A DNA stretch of 57,342 nt from an uncultured bacterium (GCA_963824495.1 CAWGPQ010000019.1:1-57342); one strand, 5' to 3'. Positions 41,680-51,467 are shown, counted from the first letter of the stretch. Numbers and translations are program-made. Notes: generated from the sequence alone by a model not told the origin.

Positions 41680-42747
41680 TCAGTCAGTCGGGTAATAGTC
41701 AACGAGATAGCGTGCGGCACCGTATAGGCTTGCGTTATCATTGGTTATGATAAAAACAGGCATAGCACGTAATAGTTCAGCTTTCTTTGGACAATTAATA
41801 AACTCGTCTATAAATTCAGAGTGCTGAAAAATCTCAGGGTTTTTTGCTGCAATATCACCAGCAATATAAACTCCCCCTCGGGCAAGTACCGTAAGAGCGA
41901 AAGTCTTTACGTACCGGGCATACAAGCCAGCATACAGAACAAACGCATGAGCTGCTTGTGTGCTTTTAGCTTGAAATCGTACAATATCGGCTGGCTGAAA
42001 TCCTGCTTTTTCAATAAGCTTATCAGCTTCTTGAGTAGGGAACATAGTGAGTGTGCGCGTGAACATATAAAGCCTTTGTATTCCAGCATCAGAAAGAATA
42101 TGTTCCCAGGAAATAGCACCTGATAATTTCTCTCGAGCTCTCACAAAATCAAGCAGATCAAGATCTTCTTGAGATTGAGCAGCACAGTCAGTATGCCCGC
42201 CTTGGGAAGGCAGTACCTGTACACGCTGCTTCTCGCGATTCCATACACTTATACAGCCACCCAACCCTGTGCCTGCCCTTACGCAAACCTTAGGTGCATG
42301 AGGCTCAATCTGCCCTTGATTAATAGTACGTATATCACGAGGATCCAAATCGCTTATACCGTAGCCTATGGCTTGAAAGTCATTTACTAGTACAACTTCC
42401 GTTAAGCCTGTTACGCACTTAATTTCGTAGATGTCGACAGTAAAAGCTACATTAGTCGGCTCTGCATAAGCACCTTCGCGTACAATAACTCCGGGGATAC
42501 CAAAACAAGCTTCTTTAATATCTTTGCCATAGTATTCTTTAATAGTGTCGAGCACAGTTTTTACCAGTTGGCTAAAATCAGTAATCTCCGTACTATGAGC
42601 ATGAAGAGAAACAAGAAGTACTACAGTATTATCATGTACATAAAACAACCCAAAGTTACTCTTGGTTTTTCTAAGATCACCAGCAATAATAAAGCGGCCT
42701 TGTTCAGGCATAGTATCAGTATAGCGTACTTCGCGTAATTGAATCAT
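41680..42747 (-). CDS. glk: Glucokinase (E. coli-type), motifs degenerate
   Basis: VNDFQAIGYG, AGTGLG, GGH, ARGGVYIAG and ASLYGAA; several conserved residues are substituted. Confidence 0.85.
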   Translation of the reverse strand: MIQLREVRYTDTMPEQGRFIIAGDLRKTKSNFGLFYVHDNTVVLLVSLHAHSTEITDFSQLVKTVLDTIKEYYGKDIKEACFGIPGVIVREGAYAEPTNVAFTVDIYEIKCVTGLTEVVLVNDFQAIGYGISDLDPRDIRTINQGQIEPHAPKVCVRAGTGLGGCISVWNREKQRVQVLPSQGGHTDCAAQSQEDLDLLDFVRAREKLSGAISWEHILSDAGIQRLYMFTRTLTMFPTQEADKLIEKAGFQPADIVRFQAKSTQAAHAFVLYAGLYARYVKTFALTVLARGGVYIAGDIAAKNPEIFQHSEFIDEFINCPKKAELLRAMPVFIITNDNASLYGAARYLVDYYPTD

Positions 42748-42966
42748 GAGTATTCTCCTCTATGAGGTATGTCGAGATACAAGTAATTCTTATAATCATA
42801 ACGTTGTCGCTTAAAAATAGAGGTATTGTATACTATTAGTGCCGATAATCAAGGCCTAGCAGCCAAAAACTGTTAGAAAAAAAGGTGTGACATACCGCCA
42901 TAGCTTGTGTAGGGATATTTAACAAGCCCGTTGAACCAAGCTATGTATGGTCTCAGGATCATATAA

Positions 42967-43295
42967 ATGTCAATTCGATCAAACTATCAACTCCATTATG
43001 CCTACACGATTGCTTTATCTGGAGACTATGCGTGCCTAATTTTATCCCCAAGGCGGAGGCCAGCCCTCAGACAAGGGGTTTATAAGCAGCCCTCAAGGAC
43101 AATCCGAAGTTTAAGCCGTAGCGAGCGAAGCTGGCATTGTATATCACAAAGGAATCTTTCAAGGGGGGTTCTTGTCCATTTGCACATGGAACGCCGGTCA
43201 CTCTTCACGTGGACGAGAGACTTCGAACATTGCATAGCAGAAATCACAACAGCCGGGCATTTGATAGATTACGCTTTACATACTCTAGGCTATTG
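42967..43295 (+). pseudogene. Alanyl-tRNA editing protein (AlaX family) pseudogene
   Basis: Motifs spread over three frames: FYPQGGGQPSDKG (from 43040), IVYHKG, VTLHVDERLRTLHSRNH and TAGHLIDYAL. Contains an internal TAA and frameshifts. Confidence 0.85.
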
Positions 43296-43302
43296 CCTGG
43301 TC

Positions 43303-44511
43303 TCAGCTTGTTTTGTCTTGAAGTGATGTAAGATAATCTATTACCTGCCGTAGTCTGCTCCTAGCATCTTTAGAAAAAGAGAATAGCTTTGCCATCGCCT
43401 GAGCCTCTTGCACTGGCGTTCTTTTTTCATGCAAGCTTGCAATAGTAGTATTGGCACCATCACGTATCAGTTCTTTAATTGCATCAAGCGTAATGTCTTG
43501 ATTTGACGCTGCTATCCATAGGGGAGTTTTATGTTCTAAGTTTAGTGCGTTGACGTCAGCACCTTGTCTGACAAGCTCTTGAATAATTTCGAGACTATTG
43601 GTATCTGTTGCTGCTGCTTCATGCAAGGGCGTGTTACCTACAGCATCAGCTACATTAACCCGAGCACCGGCCTTACTAAGCTGCTTGACGATATCAAGAA
43701 AACCTAATCGAGCAGCAGTATGAAGCGCCGTTTTTCCATCCCAATCGCTTTTATTTATGTCAATACCCTGTTTAATAAGTGCTTGAATAAGTACAGCGTC
43801 ATTATGACCAGCTGCTCCAAGCAGAGCCCTTGTAGGTTCAGATACCTGTGCTTGAGCTATCGCTAATCGTTGAGAAATAGGAGCCCACCATGGCCCGGCT
43901 TTTTTTGCCTTTGCAGGTGCCGTAACCGGCCGAGCTGGGTGCACCAACGTCCTAGGCACAGGTGCTGCGTGCTTGCTTATTGGGCTCACTACAGGTTTGC
44001 TTACTGCAGCTTGTGGAGGCTTAGTTGTTACGGCTTTGCTTTTCATAGGCTTAGCTGCTGCAGCCCGAGGTGGTGTAGTCTTGATAGGCGCAGCCTTGGT
44101 CACTAGCCGGGCAAATACAGCCGGTTTTCTTACTGCAGCTTGAGGAAGCTTAGCCGTTGTAGCTTTGCTTGTTGTCGGCTTGGTTGCTGTAGGTTGAGCT
44201 TGTGCAGATGCTTTTAGAGATTTTTCATCAGTTTTAGGCGAGGGTTGAGTTTCAGTCGCCCCAGACGCCTTAGGTGCTTCGGGTGCTTGAGTAGTTTGAG
44301 CAACTTGGGCAGCTTGTGCTACCCCTGTGGTACTTGATTGTGCTTGAAGCGTGGGATTTCTTAAAGCTGATAGAGATTCTTCTTGTGGTGTTGCTGGCTT
44401 AACGCGAAAGCCTTCGTGCTGTTTTACAGGAAGACTCTGAGCATGTACCATGGCAGAAACGGCAATCATGTGCAGTATGACAAGAGCGTGCGGAATAGAG
44501 CAACTTTTCAT
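43303..44511 (-). CDS. Secreted protein with Pro/Ala/Thr/Lys-rich region and C-terminal ankyrin repeats
   Basis: Signal peptide VHA-Q; low-complexity repeats (PQAAVRKP/PQAAVSKP); GKTALHTAA, GNTPLHEAA and KTPLWIAA. Confidence 0.88.
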   Translation of the reverse strand: MKSCSIPHALVILHMIAVSAMVHAQSLPVKQHEGFRVKPATPQEESLSALRNPTLQAQSSTTGVAQAAQVAQTTQAPEAPKASGATETQPSPKTDEKSLKASAQAQPTATKPTTSKATTAKLPQAAVRKPAVFARLVTKAAPIKTTPPRAAAAKPMKSKAVTTKPPQAAVSKPVVSPISKHAAPVPRTLVHPARPVTAPAKAKKAGPWWAPISQRLAIAQAQVSEPTRALLGAAGHNDAVLIQALIKQGIDINKSDWDGKTALHTAARLGFLDIVKQLSKAGARVNVADAVGNTPLHEAAATDTNSLEIIQELVRQGADVNALNLEHKTPLWIAASNQDITLDAIKELIRDGANTTIASLHEKRTPVQEAQAMAKLFSFSKDARSRLRQVIDYLTSLQDKTS

Positions 44512-44692
44512 AAATGCTTTCCCTGTGCTATTGATTAAATAAATTTCAGTTAAGCTATTGTATTTATTGTAGCATAAACTTATTTAAAAAATAAATGTTT
44601 TGAAATAAATCTTGATAATCTTGCCAGGTTTGCCATTTTTATGTTATGTTAAAAATAGATATTTATAAAAATAATGAAGGAGAGCTTGTTTT

Positions 44693-46060
44693 GTGATTAA
44701 AATATTACAAAAAGGACACCAAAAAGCATACCTGGTAATAGCGTTTGCTGTTGCGCTACCGATGAACCATACTATACTGCTACAAGGCATGGTTCCCAAA
44801 CAAGTAAATCTTGTCGCCAACCAAGCATTATCAAAAGCAGTCGATGTGGGCGATCTTAAAGCAGTATACGCTGCGCTTAAGGCTGGTGCTGATATTAACT
44901 ATACTGATAGATATGGCAATACTGCTCTTATGGCGGCAACTGATACAGAGATGGTTAGATTGCTTATAGAGCATGGTGCTGATGTTAATCACGCTAATAA
45001 TGATGGCAATACTGCTCTTATATCGGCAGCTCAAACTGGCGATACAGAGATAGTTAGAATTCTCATAGATGCTGGTGCTGATGTTAATCATGCTACTAAT
45101 GGTGGCCATACTGCTCTTATGTGGGCGGTTAACACTGGACATACAGATACAGTTAGAGTGCTTATAGGAGCTGGTGCTAATATTAATCGTGCTAGTAATC
45201 ATGGCGATACTGCTCTTATATTGGCACTGGCTAATCACCTTACCAATATAGCTAGAATGCTTATAGAGAATGGAGCAACAATACCAACTGAAGAACAGCT
45301 TCAAAGATTTGCTGAAAGGGCTCTTAGCATTTCCAACCCAGAATACGCAAGGCAAGTTCTAAATGCTGTATTTGGGGGCAACGAACTTGCTTATGCAGCG
45401 GCTCGAGGCGATACTAAGCATGTAGCACAGTTACTGTCTATTTTACCACAAAAGACTATTATAGAAAACATAGCTACTCAAGTCCAAGCTCAACCACAAT
45501 CACCTCAGGCGCAATCGTTACTTGCTCACTTGCGCAAGCTGCTTGCTTCTTATGCCATATTACCACCAACGATACCTTCTCAACCACCTCAACCTCTTTT
45601 TGATATTAATCGTCAAGATTGGTATGGTATGACAGCATTACATTGGGCCGCAGCGCAGGGCCATGCTGAAATAGTAAAACTATTACTTGATTATGGCGCA
45701 AATATTAACCTACGAAATAGAGAGGGTAATACACCGTTACATTTGGCAGCTCGCAACGGTAATTTGAGTACGGTTAAACTCTTACTTGCGCGTGGTGCTA
45801 ATGCTACTATTGTTAACCGAGACGGTCAGACTCCTCTAGCCCTTGCTCGCCAATACTATCACCCTTCGGTTGTCACATTTTTAGAAAGAGAAGCTGGTCG
45901 GGCTGTGTTTGGCAGAACATCAACATTAGGTCGTGCAGGAGGCTTTGCATGGCAACCTGAACCTGTAGGTCGACAGCTGCCAGCCGAAATTGCTCATATA
46001 ATTGCCCAGTTTGCACAAGCCCCTGGCCATCCTATACTTCCATCAGGGTCAGTTCCTTAA
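44693..46060 (+). CDS. Secreted ankyrin-repeat protein with C-terminal F-box-like motif
   Basis: AGGAG upstream of GTG; many ANK repeats; LAYAAARGD block; C-terminal LPAEIAHIIAQF. Confidence 0.9.
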   Translation: MIKILQKGHQKAYLVIAFAVALPMNHTILLQGMVPKQVNLVANQALSKAVDVGDLKAVYAALKAGADINYTDRYGNTALMAATDTEMVRLLIEHGADVNHANNDGNTALISAAQTGDTEIVRILIDAGADVNHATNGGHTALMWAVNTGHTDTVRVLIGAGANINRASNHGDTALILALANHLTNIARMLIENGATIPTEEQLQRFAERALSISNPEYARQVLNAVFGGNELAYAAARGDTKHVAQLLSILPQKTIIENIATQVQAQPQSPQAQSLLAHLRKLLASYAILPPTIPSQPPQPLFDINRQDWYGMTALHWAAAQGHAEIVKLLLDYGANINLRNREGNTPLHLAARNGNLSTVKLLLARGANATIVNRDGQTPLALARQYYHPSVVTFLEREAGRAVFGRTSTLGRAGGFAWQPEPVGRQLPAEIAHIIAQFAQAPGHPILPSGSVP

Positions 46061-46170
46061 GCTTATGAGATTGGAAGTAAGGAATTCGTATCGGGTAAGG
46101 CTACCACTACGGCTCCAAAAGAACTTATGCAAATGATCATTAGTAGTCGTGGCAGTCGGTAGCCGCAGGC

Positions 46171-46758
46171 CTATTGCTTAAATATGCCCTCAAAGACTAG
46201 TTCGGAAAGTGGTTTACGACCGGTGTGATGTTCTTCGCGTTCACGTAATGTTTCAGGAAGTGCTTCAGGGTTACCGGGTTTGCCAATGGCTACCATTGCT
46301 TCAACCTGGTAATCACCGGGAATACACAGCTCTTGAGCTGCTCTATAATAATCAAAGCCTTCTATAGCATGAGTTGCCAAGCCCATGCAGGTAGCTTGAA
46401 GTGCTAAATCTTCCCATGCCGCACCAGTGTCAAACGAATGAGTGCGCGAGGGTGAGCCAGTAAGATCAAAGACTTTATGTGAAGCAATAACAATCAATGC
46501 CCCTGCTCCCGCTGCCCAACGTTGATTTTCAGGTACTATAAGATTAAAAAAGCTTTCCCAATATGAGCCACCGCGTAAAGCGTAAATAAATCGCCATGGT
46601 TGATTATTATACGATGACGGTGCCCATCGGGCAGCTTCAAAAAGTGACATGAGTTCTTCTACAGCTAATGGCTCGCTTGACATGGCATAGGCTGAATATC
46701 GTTTAAGAAATAGCGGATCGATAGGATAGTCTGGTTTTCTTCGATGCATTGCCATCAC
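46171..46758 (-). CDS. Nitroreductase family protein
   Basis: EAARWAPSSYNNQPWRF, FDTGAAW and GFD motifs. Confidence 0.93.
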   Translation of the reverse strand: MMAMHRRKPDYPIDPLFLKRYSAYAMSSEPLAVEELMSLFEAARWAPSSYNNQPWRFIYALRGGSYWESFFNLIVPENQRWAAGAGALIVIASHKVFDLTGSPSRTHSFDTGAAWEDLALQATCMGLATHAIEGFDYYRAAQELCIPGDYQVEAMVAIGKPGNPEALPETLREREEHHTGRKPLSELVFEGIFKQ

Positions 46759-46879
46759 ATCTCCCCCTGTTTTTTATCGAGTGCCTAGCAACAATCCAGG
46801 TACACATGTAGTATATGCTGTTGGCATGGTAACGCACAATACTAATTATACACTACTATTAGTTGATGAGGCTATAAGC

Positions 46880-48418
46880 TCATAGAGTATTGGTAAGACG
46901 CTGCACAATATCGTCGGTTGAGAAGGTTAAGCCCACCCCCAAGAATCCTGTTGTATGAGCGTGACTTATAATATCATCAAGACCAAAATCAAGATAAAGA
47001 TGGTTGGTGAAAAAGATACGATTAAGCCATTTCACATGAGGGCGATCGTCGCTAATACGGTTGCGGCCTCTAAAGTCAAAAGCCTCTAGTGTTGTCAACC
47101 ATGTTAAGGGAACAAAAGGGATTATATAATCGATGCCGATGCCTGCATACCCCTCAAAAATGCCAACACGAAATGCAAAATTATGATATACCCTGCCCAG
47201 CTGTAAGTTAAGAAACAGCTTGTCAAACTCATGTATTACTCTTTGTTGTACAGGGGCATGGGTTAATCGAGCTTCACCAGATAAGCGTAAGTGATCGGGA
47301 ATAAGTTCATGTCTTTTTGACGTCAGCCTAAGCCGATGATGAGTAGTTTCAAATCGCTCAAGATGACCCCACAAACTTGTGGTAACGCCTATAAGACCAA
47401 AATAATCACCTGGAGGCCAAATATAGGCATTAAAGTATCCCTTTGCATCGCTAAATTTACACTGCTCATGAAGACTATGAAGTGATTCAAAGCGTGCATC
47501 CAAGATTAAAGCAGTAGAGCGAAACATATCCCAAGTAGTCTTAACCTGGGTATACATGCTTTTATCGTTAATTACTTGTCCTAAAAGACCCGTGCCATTA
47601 TTAATTTTTGTGGCAATTTCACAAAGAGGCTTTGACGTATCGTTAATCTTTTCAGCTATAGCATGAAGATCACGATCAATAGCTGTTGTTACCTGCTCAA
47701 CATTATGTTTAACTGAAGGAATCACGTCATTACTCAATGTTTCAGAAAGTTGATGAATTTCATTGCTTATACGTGGTATAGAGTCTTTAAGCTCCTGTGC
47801 TATACTTTTTACATCACACAGCGTATCGTTAACGAGAGTAGTATTGCGTGCAACCAGGTCATCAAGCCGTCGAAGTACTTCATGTAATGTATGAAGCACT
47901 TCAGGCAGACTACCTTGAGAGTGGCCTGAGCTTAATACATCTTTTAATGAGTGTGTAATTTCTTGAATAGTACCCGTTGCCACCGTAAACTGCTGCATGA
48001 ACTGCTCAAACGACATCTGAGCTTTGACCTGTTTGGTAAGAGTATCTCCCGGCTTTAAAGCTGGTAGTGAGGGATCGCCGGAGTTAATTTCAATATAACG
48101 AGTGCCAATCAAGCCATCTTGACGTACAGCGCAATACGTATCAGTACGTAAAACGTAGCCGTTATCAATCATAAGCACAACACTTGCTTGCTGACCATGA
48201 TTCACAACTTCAATTTTTTCAACCCATCCAACAGTAACTCCCGCAATTTTTACATCAGTTCTTGGGCGCACACCAGTGACATCAGAGCAATAGACATAAT
48301 ACGGGGAGTAACGAGCTGCATCAAAACGAAAAGCTCCTACTTTAAAGCTCATATAAAAAAAGATACCAATAGCTATAAGAATAAATGCGCCAACTCTCGT
48401 CTCTGGTCTAATAGTCAA
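46880..48418 (-). CDS. MlaD/MCE-domain protein with helical stalk and C-terminal domain
   Basis: ETRVGAF TM, DVKIAGVTVGWV and GLIGTRYIEI. Start placed at TTG 48418 after GAGGA. Confidence 0.88.
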   Translation of the reverse strand: MTIRPETRVGAFILIAIGIFFYMSFKVGAFRFDAARYSPYYVYCSDVTGVRPRTDVKIAGVTVGWVEKIEVVNHGQQASVVLMIDNGYVLRTDTYCAVRQDGLIGTRYIEINSGDPSLPALKPGDTLTKQVKAQMSFEQFMQQFTVATGTIQEITHSLKDVLSSGHSQGSLPEVLHTLHEVLRRLDDLVARNTTLVNDTLCDVKSIAQELKDSIPRISNEIHQLSETLSNDVIPSVKHNVEQVTTAIDRDLHAIAEKINDTSKPLCEIATKINNGTGLLGQVINDKSMYTQVKTTWDMFRSTALILDARFESLHSLHEQCKFSDAKGYFNAYIWPPGDYFGLIGVTTSLWGHLERFETTHHRLRLTSKRHELIPDHLRLSGEARLTHAPVQQRVIHEFDKLFLNLQLGRVYHNFAFRVGIFEGYAGIGIDYIIPFVPLTWLTTLEAFDFRGRNRISDDRPHVKWLNRIFFTNHLYLDFGLDDIISHAHTTGFLGVGLTFSTDDIVQRLTNTL

Positions 48419-48437
48419 TCGTGTATCCTCTAGCAGT

Positions 48438-49562
48438 TCATGAGAGCCAATATAACTTTTTAATAGAGTAGCGTTGTGCTTGGTCACGCTCCGAAGGAAC
48501 TTGCGTAACAATAGCGCATAGCTTTTGAGTTACGGCACCAACCTTTCCATAGGATACTACAGAAAATGCTGTTACCTCAAATTTTGACGAAAAGAGTGAT
48601 CGTATTTCAACGGGTAACTTTTCAAATTCTTTACCGACACGCTTACTCAAAAGTTTGTTCCAATCTTCTTGCCAGTTCATAGTTGGCTTGAGACTTTTAG
48701 CCAATTCTTGTGCTTCTTGAATTCGTTTTTCCTCATCAGCATTATCAGGCTTAAGACCTAACATATTTTTTACGCTGCGTGACAGCAGTAATGGCTCAAG
48801 TTGAGGACGCCCCGACGCAACCGGCATAACCGTAAATAGATCTGTCAAAATAAAAGATTCACTTTTTTGTTCACCATGTGCTGGAAAAGTTGGAAAAACA
48901 TGAGAAGCAAACTTCTGAAATTCTTTAAGTGCAAGTAATTCAGTCACGTCATCAAGAGGTCGGTCATGCTGTTTGAAAATATTTTCAAGGCTTTCGATAG
49001 GATTGCCAGCATTAAGCGATGTGCTTATTTTATCAAAAATAAGCTGTAAAAGCTTCTGAGCATCAAAAGAATCCTGCTTTATAAACTTTTTCTCCTTAAA
49101 ATTATACAAGCTATTCAGGTTAAATTTACCCTGTTCACTGCTAATATATATAGTACATTCACCTTCGATGCCATCTATTTCTTCTTTAAACTTAAACTCT
49201 TGCCAATGGTTAGTTAGTGCAAGTAATCGTGAAAGCCATTTTTGCTGTTCTTTTTCACCCGATTTTTCTTGAGTTTTCTCTTCTTTTTTAGCTCCTGCTT
49301 GAGCATCTTCTACTGGTGCTGTCATTTGACTTAACGCTATCTCAACGCCGCTGAGAGCTAACATTTTGGCTTGTTCACGATCATGATCTAATACACTAAG
49401 TCTTTGATAACTCACCGTACGATTTACGAGAAGCGAGACTAATACAACGCTCATCGAAATAAGCAAGAGCGTTAACGTAAGAACGTATCCCGCTTGTGTA
49501 GGCGGAGGGGGCTGGGCATGTGTGTGGTTATGTGTGCTCTGCTTATCTATGTTCATATACAT
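48438..49562 (-). CDS. Type II secretion minor pseudopilin GspK-like
   Basis: AG|YVLTLTL prepilin-like helix lacking E5, QAKMLALSGV and EQGKFNLN; last pseudopilin of the cluster. Confidence 0.8.
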   Translation of the reverse strand: MYMNIDKQSTHNHTHAQPPPPTQAGYVLTLTLLLISMSVVLVSLLVNRTVSYQRLSVLDHDREQAKMLALSGVEIALSQMTAPVEDAQAGAKKEEKTQEKSGEKEQQKWLSRLLALTNHWQEFKFKEEIDGIEGECTIYISSEQGKFNLNSLYNFKEKKFIKQDSFDAQKLLQLIFDKISTSLNAGNPIESLENIFKQHDRPLDDVTELLALKEFQKFASHVFPTFPAHGEQKSESFILTDLFTVMPVASGRPQLEPLLLSRSVKNMLGLKPDNADEEKRIQEAQELAKSLKPTMNWQEDWNKLLSKRVGKEFEKLPVEIRSLFSSKFEVTAFSVVSYGKVGAVTQKLCAIVTQVPSERDQAQRYSIKKLYWLS

Positions 49563-50485
49563 TATGTAGGTAATTTTGGTGCTTGTGCTGGCTTTATTGG
49601 TTCAGACGCCGCTTCTTTTTTCTCGTGCTCTTTCTTTTCTTGCTCTTTTTTTGGACTCGTTTGCGATCCGTAAGCAGGGATCATATACTTGAATATATAT
49701 TCACGCTCTCGTCCGCGTAGTGCGTCTATAAGTACACCGGTAATTTCTATATACTGTGGCAAGATTTTTTTATGCTGTTCCTCGTGCTCTGGCCCACCCC
49801 ACTGCATAACTGCAATGAGCTCAGGTGCTCCCTCGCGTTTTTCGTCTTCTTTTTCGTATAAGAATTTAACTGAAAAACGTTGTATACCTGTCGCCAATGG
49901 ATAAGAACGTATTTTTTTGTTTCCGGTTTCTTCAAACGCTTTAAATTCTAGGTTTGTTGATTCCTGGCGTATAAGTGTAAACGTGCCCTCGGGATTTTTA
50001 TCTGGTACTAATCTATACACTATACGAACATTTCGTGGAGTAACCTCGCCGTAAACCTGCAACGCAGATGTTGTAATAAACGTCAGAAGTTTAAGCGATT
50101 CTTTATCGTTCTCGCTATAGAAAATTTTTTCAAGTTTTTTTTCAGGCTCATGTTCTTCAGCTGGAGCAGCTTTCTTTTCAGGCTCATTATTTCTACCGAG
50201 GAGCTCTTTAAGTATGTCAGGCATATCTTTTTGATCTTGTGTGCTCGTCTGTTCTTGAGCCAATTTTTGATCCGATAATTTTGAAGGAACAAAGGCACCG
50301 GTTAAATCTTTTTCAAGCTGATTATACAGTGTTATAATTTGAGTGTGCACATCAATTACATAATTTGATTGATCAAGGGCTTTTCTTATTTGGGTAAACG
50401 AGCTATACAGCACACCCATAATGATAGCCGATAGCATGGTACCAATTACAACTTCGATTAAGCTAAACCCTGGCTTTTTGCTCAT
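49562..50485 (-). CDS. GspJ-like minor pseudopilin
   Basis: G|FSLIEVVI, QLEKDL and LPQYIEI motifs. Confidence 0.8.
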   Translation of the reverse strand: MSKKPGFSLIEVVIGTMLSAIIMGVLYSSFTQIRKALDQSNYVIDVHTQIITLYNQLEKDLTGAFVPSKLSDQKLAQEQTSTQDQKDMPDILKELLGRNNEPEKKAAPAEEHEPEKKLEKIFYSENDKESLKLLTFITTSALQVYGEVTPRNVRIVYRLVPDKNPEGTFTLIRQESTNLEFKAFEETGNKKIRSYPLATGIQRFSVKFLYEKEDEKREGAPELIAVMQWGGPEHEEQHKKILPQYIEITGVLIDALRGREREYIFKYMIPAYGSQTSPKKEQEKKEHEKKEAASEPIKPAQAPKLPT

Positions 50486-50939
50486 TCTTTTCCTGCTTAG
50501 CCTGTTCTTGCTTTTCTGGCTTTGGTGGTTTTGGTGGCTTAAAGAGCAGACGGATCATCGTATCCTGCCGTTCAGCTCCAGCTTCACCAGCGGACCAATA
50601 AGCATCAACACGTTCAAGTACTACATGAGATACTTTTTTAAGTACTGATGCTTCACTTACTTTTTTAGTTTGATAGGTTAAGCGTAGTGGAGGGTCTTCA
50701 AGCTGGTGCTCGTGTACTTTTTCGCTTTCAGACCAGTATTGCTCATGAGCTTCAACTAACAAATTTTTTTCGGCAACAGCGCGCGTAAGCCTGCCAGAAC
50801 TTCTAAATACTGCTTTCATAAGATTGCTCTGTAGTCCTAATAATGCGGTCAGGGTTATTCCAATAACCGCAAGGGTGATAAGCACCTCAACAAGACTAAA
50901 ACCCTGGCGCCTTCTCTTAAGGCCTTTGAAATTGATCAT
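50463..50939 (-). CDS. GspI-like minor pseudopilin
   Basis: QG|FSLVEVLITLAVI; position in the operon. Confidence 0.78.
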   Translation of the reverse strand: MINFKGLKRRRQGFSLVEVLITLAVIGITLTALLGLQSNLMKAVFRSSGRLTRAVAEKNLLVEAHEQYWSESEKVHEHQLEDPPLRLTYQTKKVSEASVLKKVSHVVLERVDAYWSAGEAGAERQDTMIRLLFKPPKPPKPEKQEQAKQEKNEQKARV

Positions 50940-51456
50940 AGATCGTAAATTGTGCAGTAAACGGATTCAGCACCAACCCTCGTTCAGCTTGTGTGTCACT
51001 ATTAATACTATTGATTACTACCTCTTGGGCTAGACCTTCTGGTGTAATGAAAAACCATATCTGAGGCGTAGAAACACCTCCGCCAACAACCATCTCATCT
51101 TTGCCCTTAATATAAAAATTGCGTATTTCAATTTGTTCAGGTATGGCTATCTGTGTTTTAAGATACCCCAGCTTTACCGGCTCAAATTTTTGCGGTTGCC
51201 CTTCTTTCTCTGGCTGTAACTGCTCAATAAACACCGTCGATGATTTAAAGTCAAAAACAATGCGCTCGACTGCTCCTGTTAATTGAGCTTGAGTTGCTGC
51301 ACCTTGTGTCAAGAGATTCAGTTTTTTCGCAAACTCATCTTCTGGCTGAGGCCCAGGCCGTCTTAAGCGAGGAACCACAACGGCTACCATGATCCCAATC
51401 AGGACCATGGCAACCATAAGCTCTATAAAACTAAAGCCAGCTCGAGCTTCCGTCAT
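50917..51456 (-). CDS. GspH-like minor pseudopilin
   Basis: AG|FSFIELMVAMVLIG..VVVPR; FFITPEG motif. Confidence 0.8.
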   Translation of the reverse strand: MTEARAGFSFIELMVAMVLIGIMVAVVVPRLRRPGPQPEDEFAKKLNLLTQGAATQAQLTGAVERIVFDFKSSTVFIEQLQPEKEGQPQKFEPVKLGYLKTQIAIPEQIEIRNFYIKGKDEMVVGGGVSTPQIWFFITPEGLAQEVVINSINSDTQAERGLVLNPFTAQFTIYDQFQRP

Positions 51457-51467
51457 GGAGATTTCCT

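Noticed and set aside
42860..43300. GC-richer intergenic-looking stretch considered as tmRNA or another structured RNA
   Set aside because: No tRNA-like ends or tag reading frame; explained by the AlaX pseudogene.
48419..48511. Long N-terminus of the MlaD ORF
   Set aside because: Overlaps gspK; TTG at 48418 with GAGGA is the better start.
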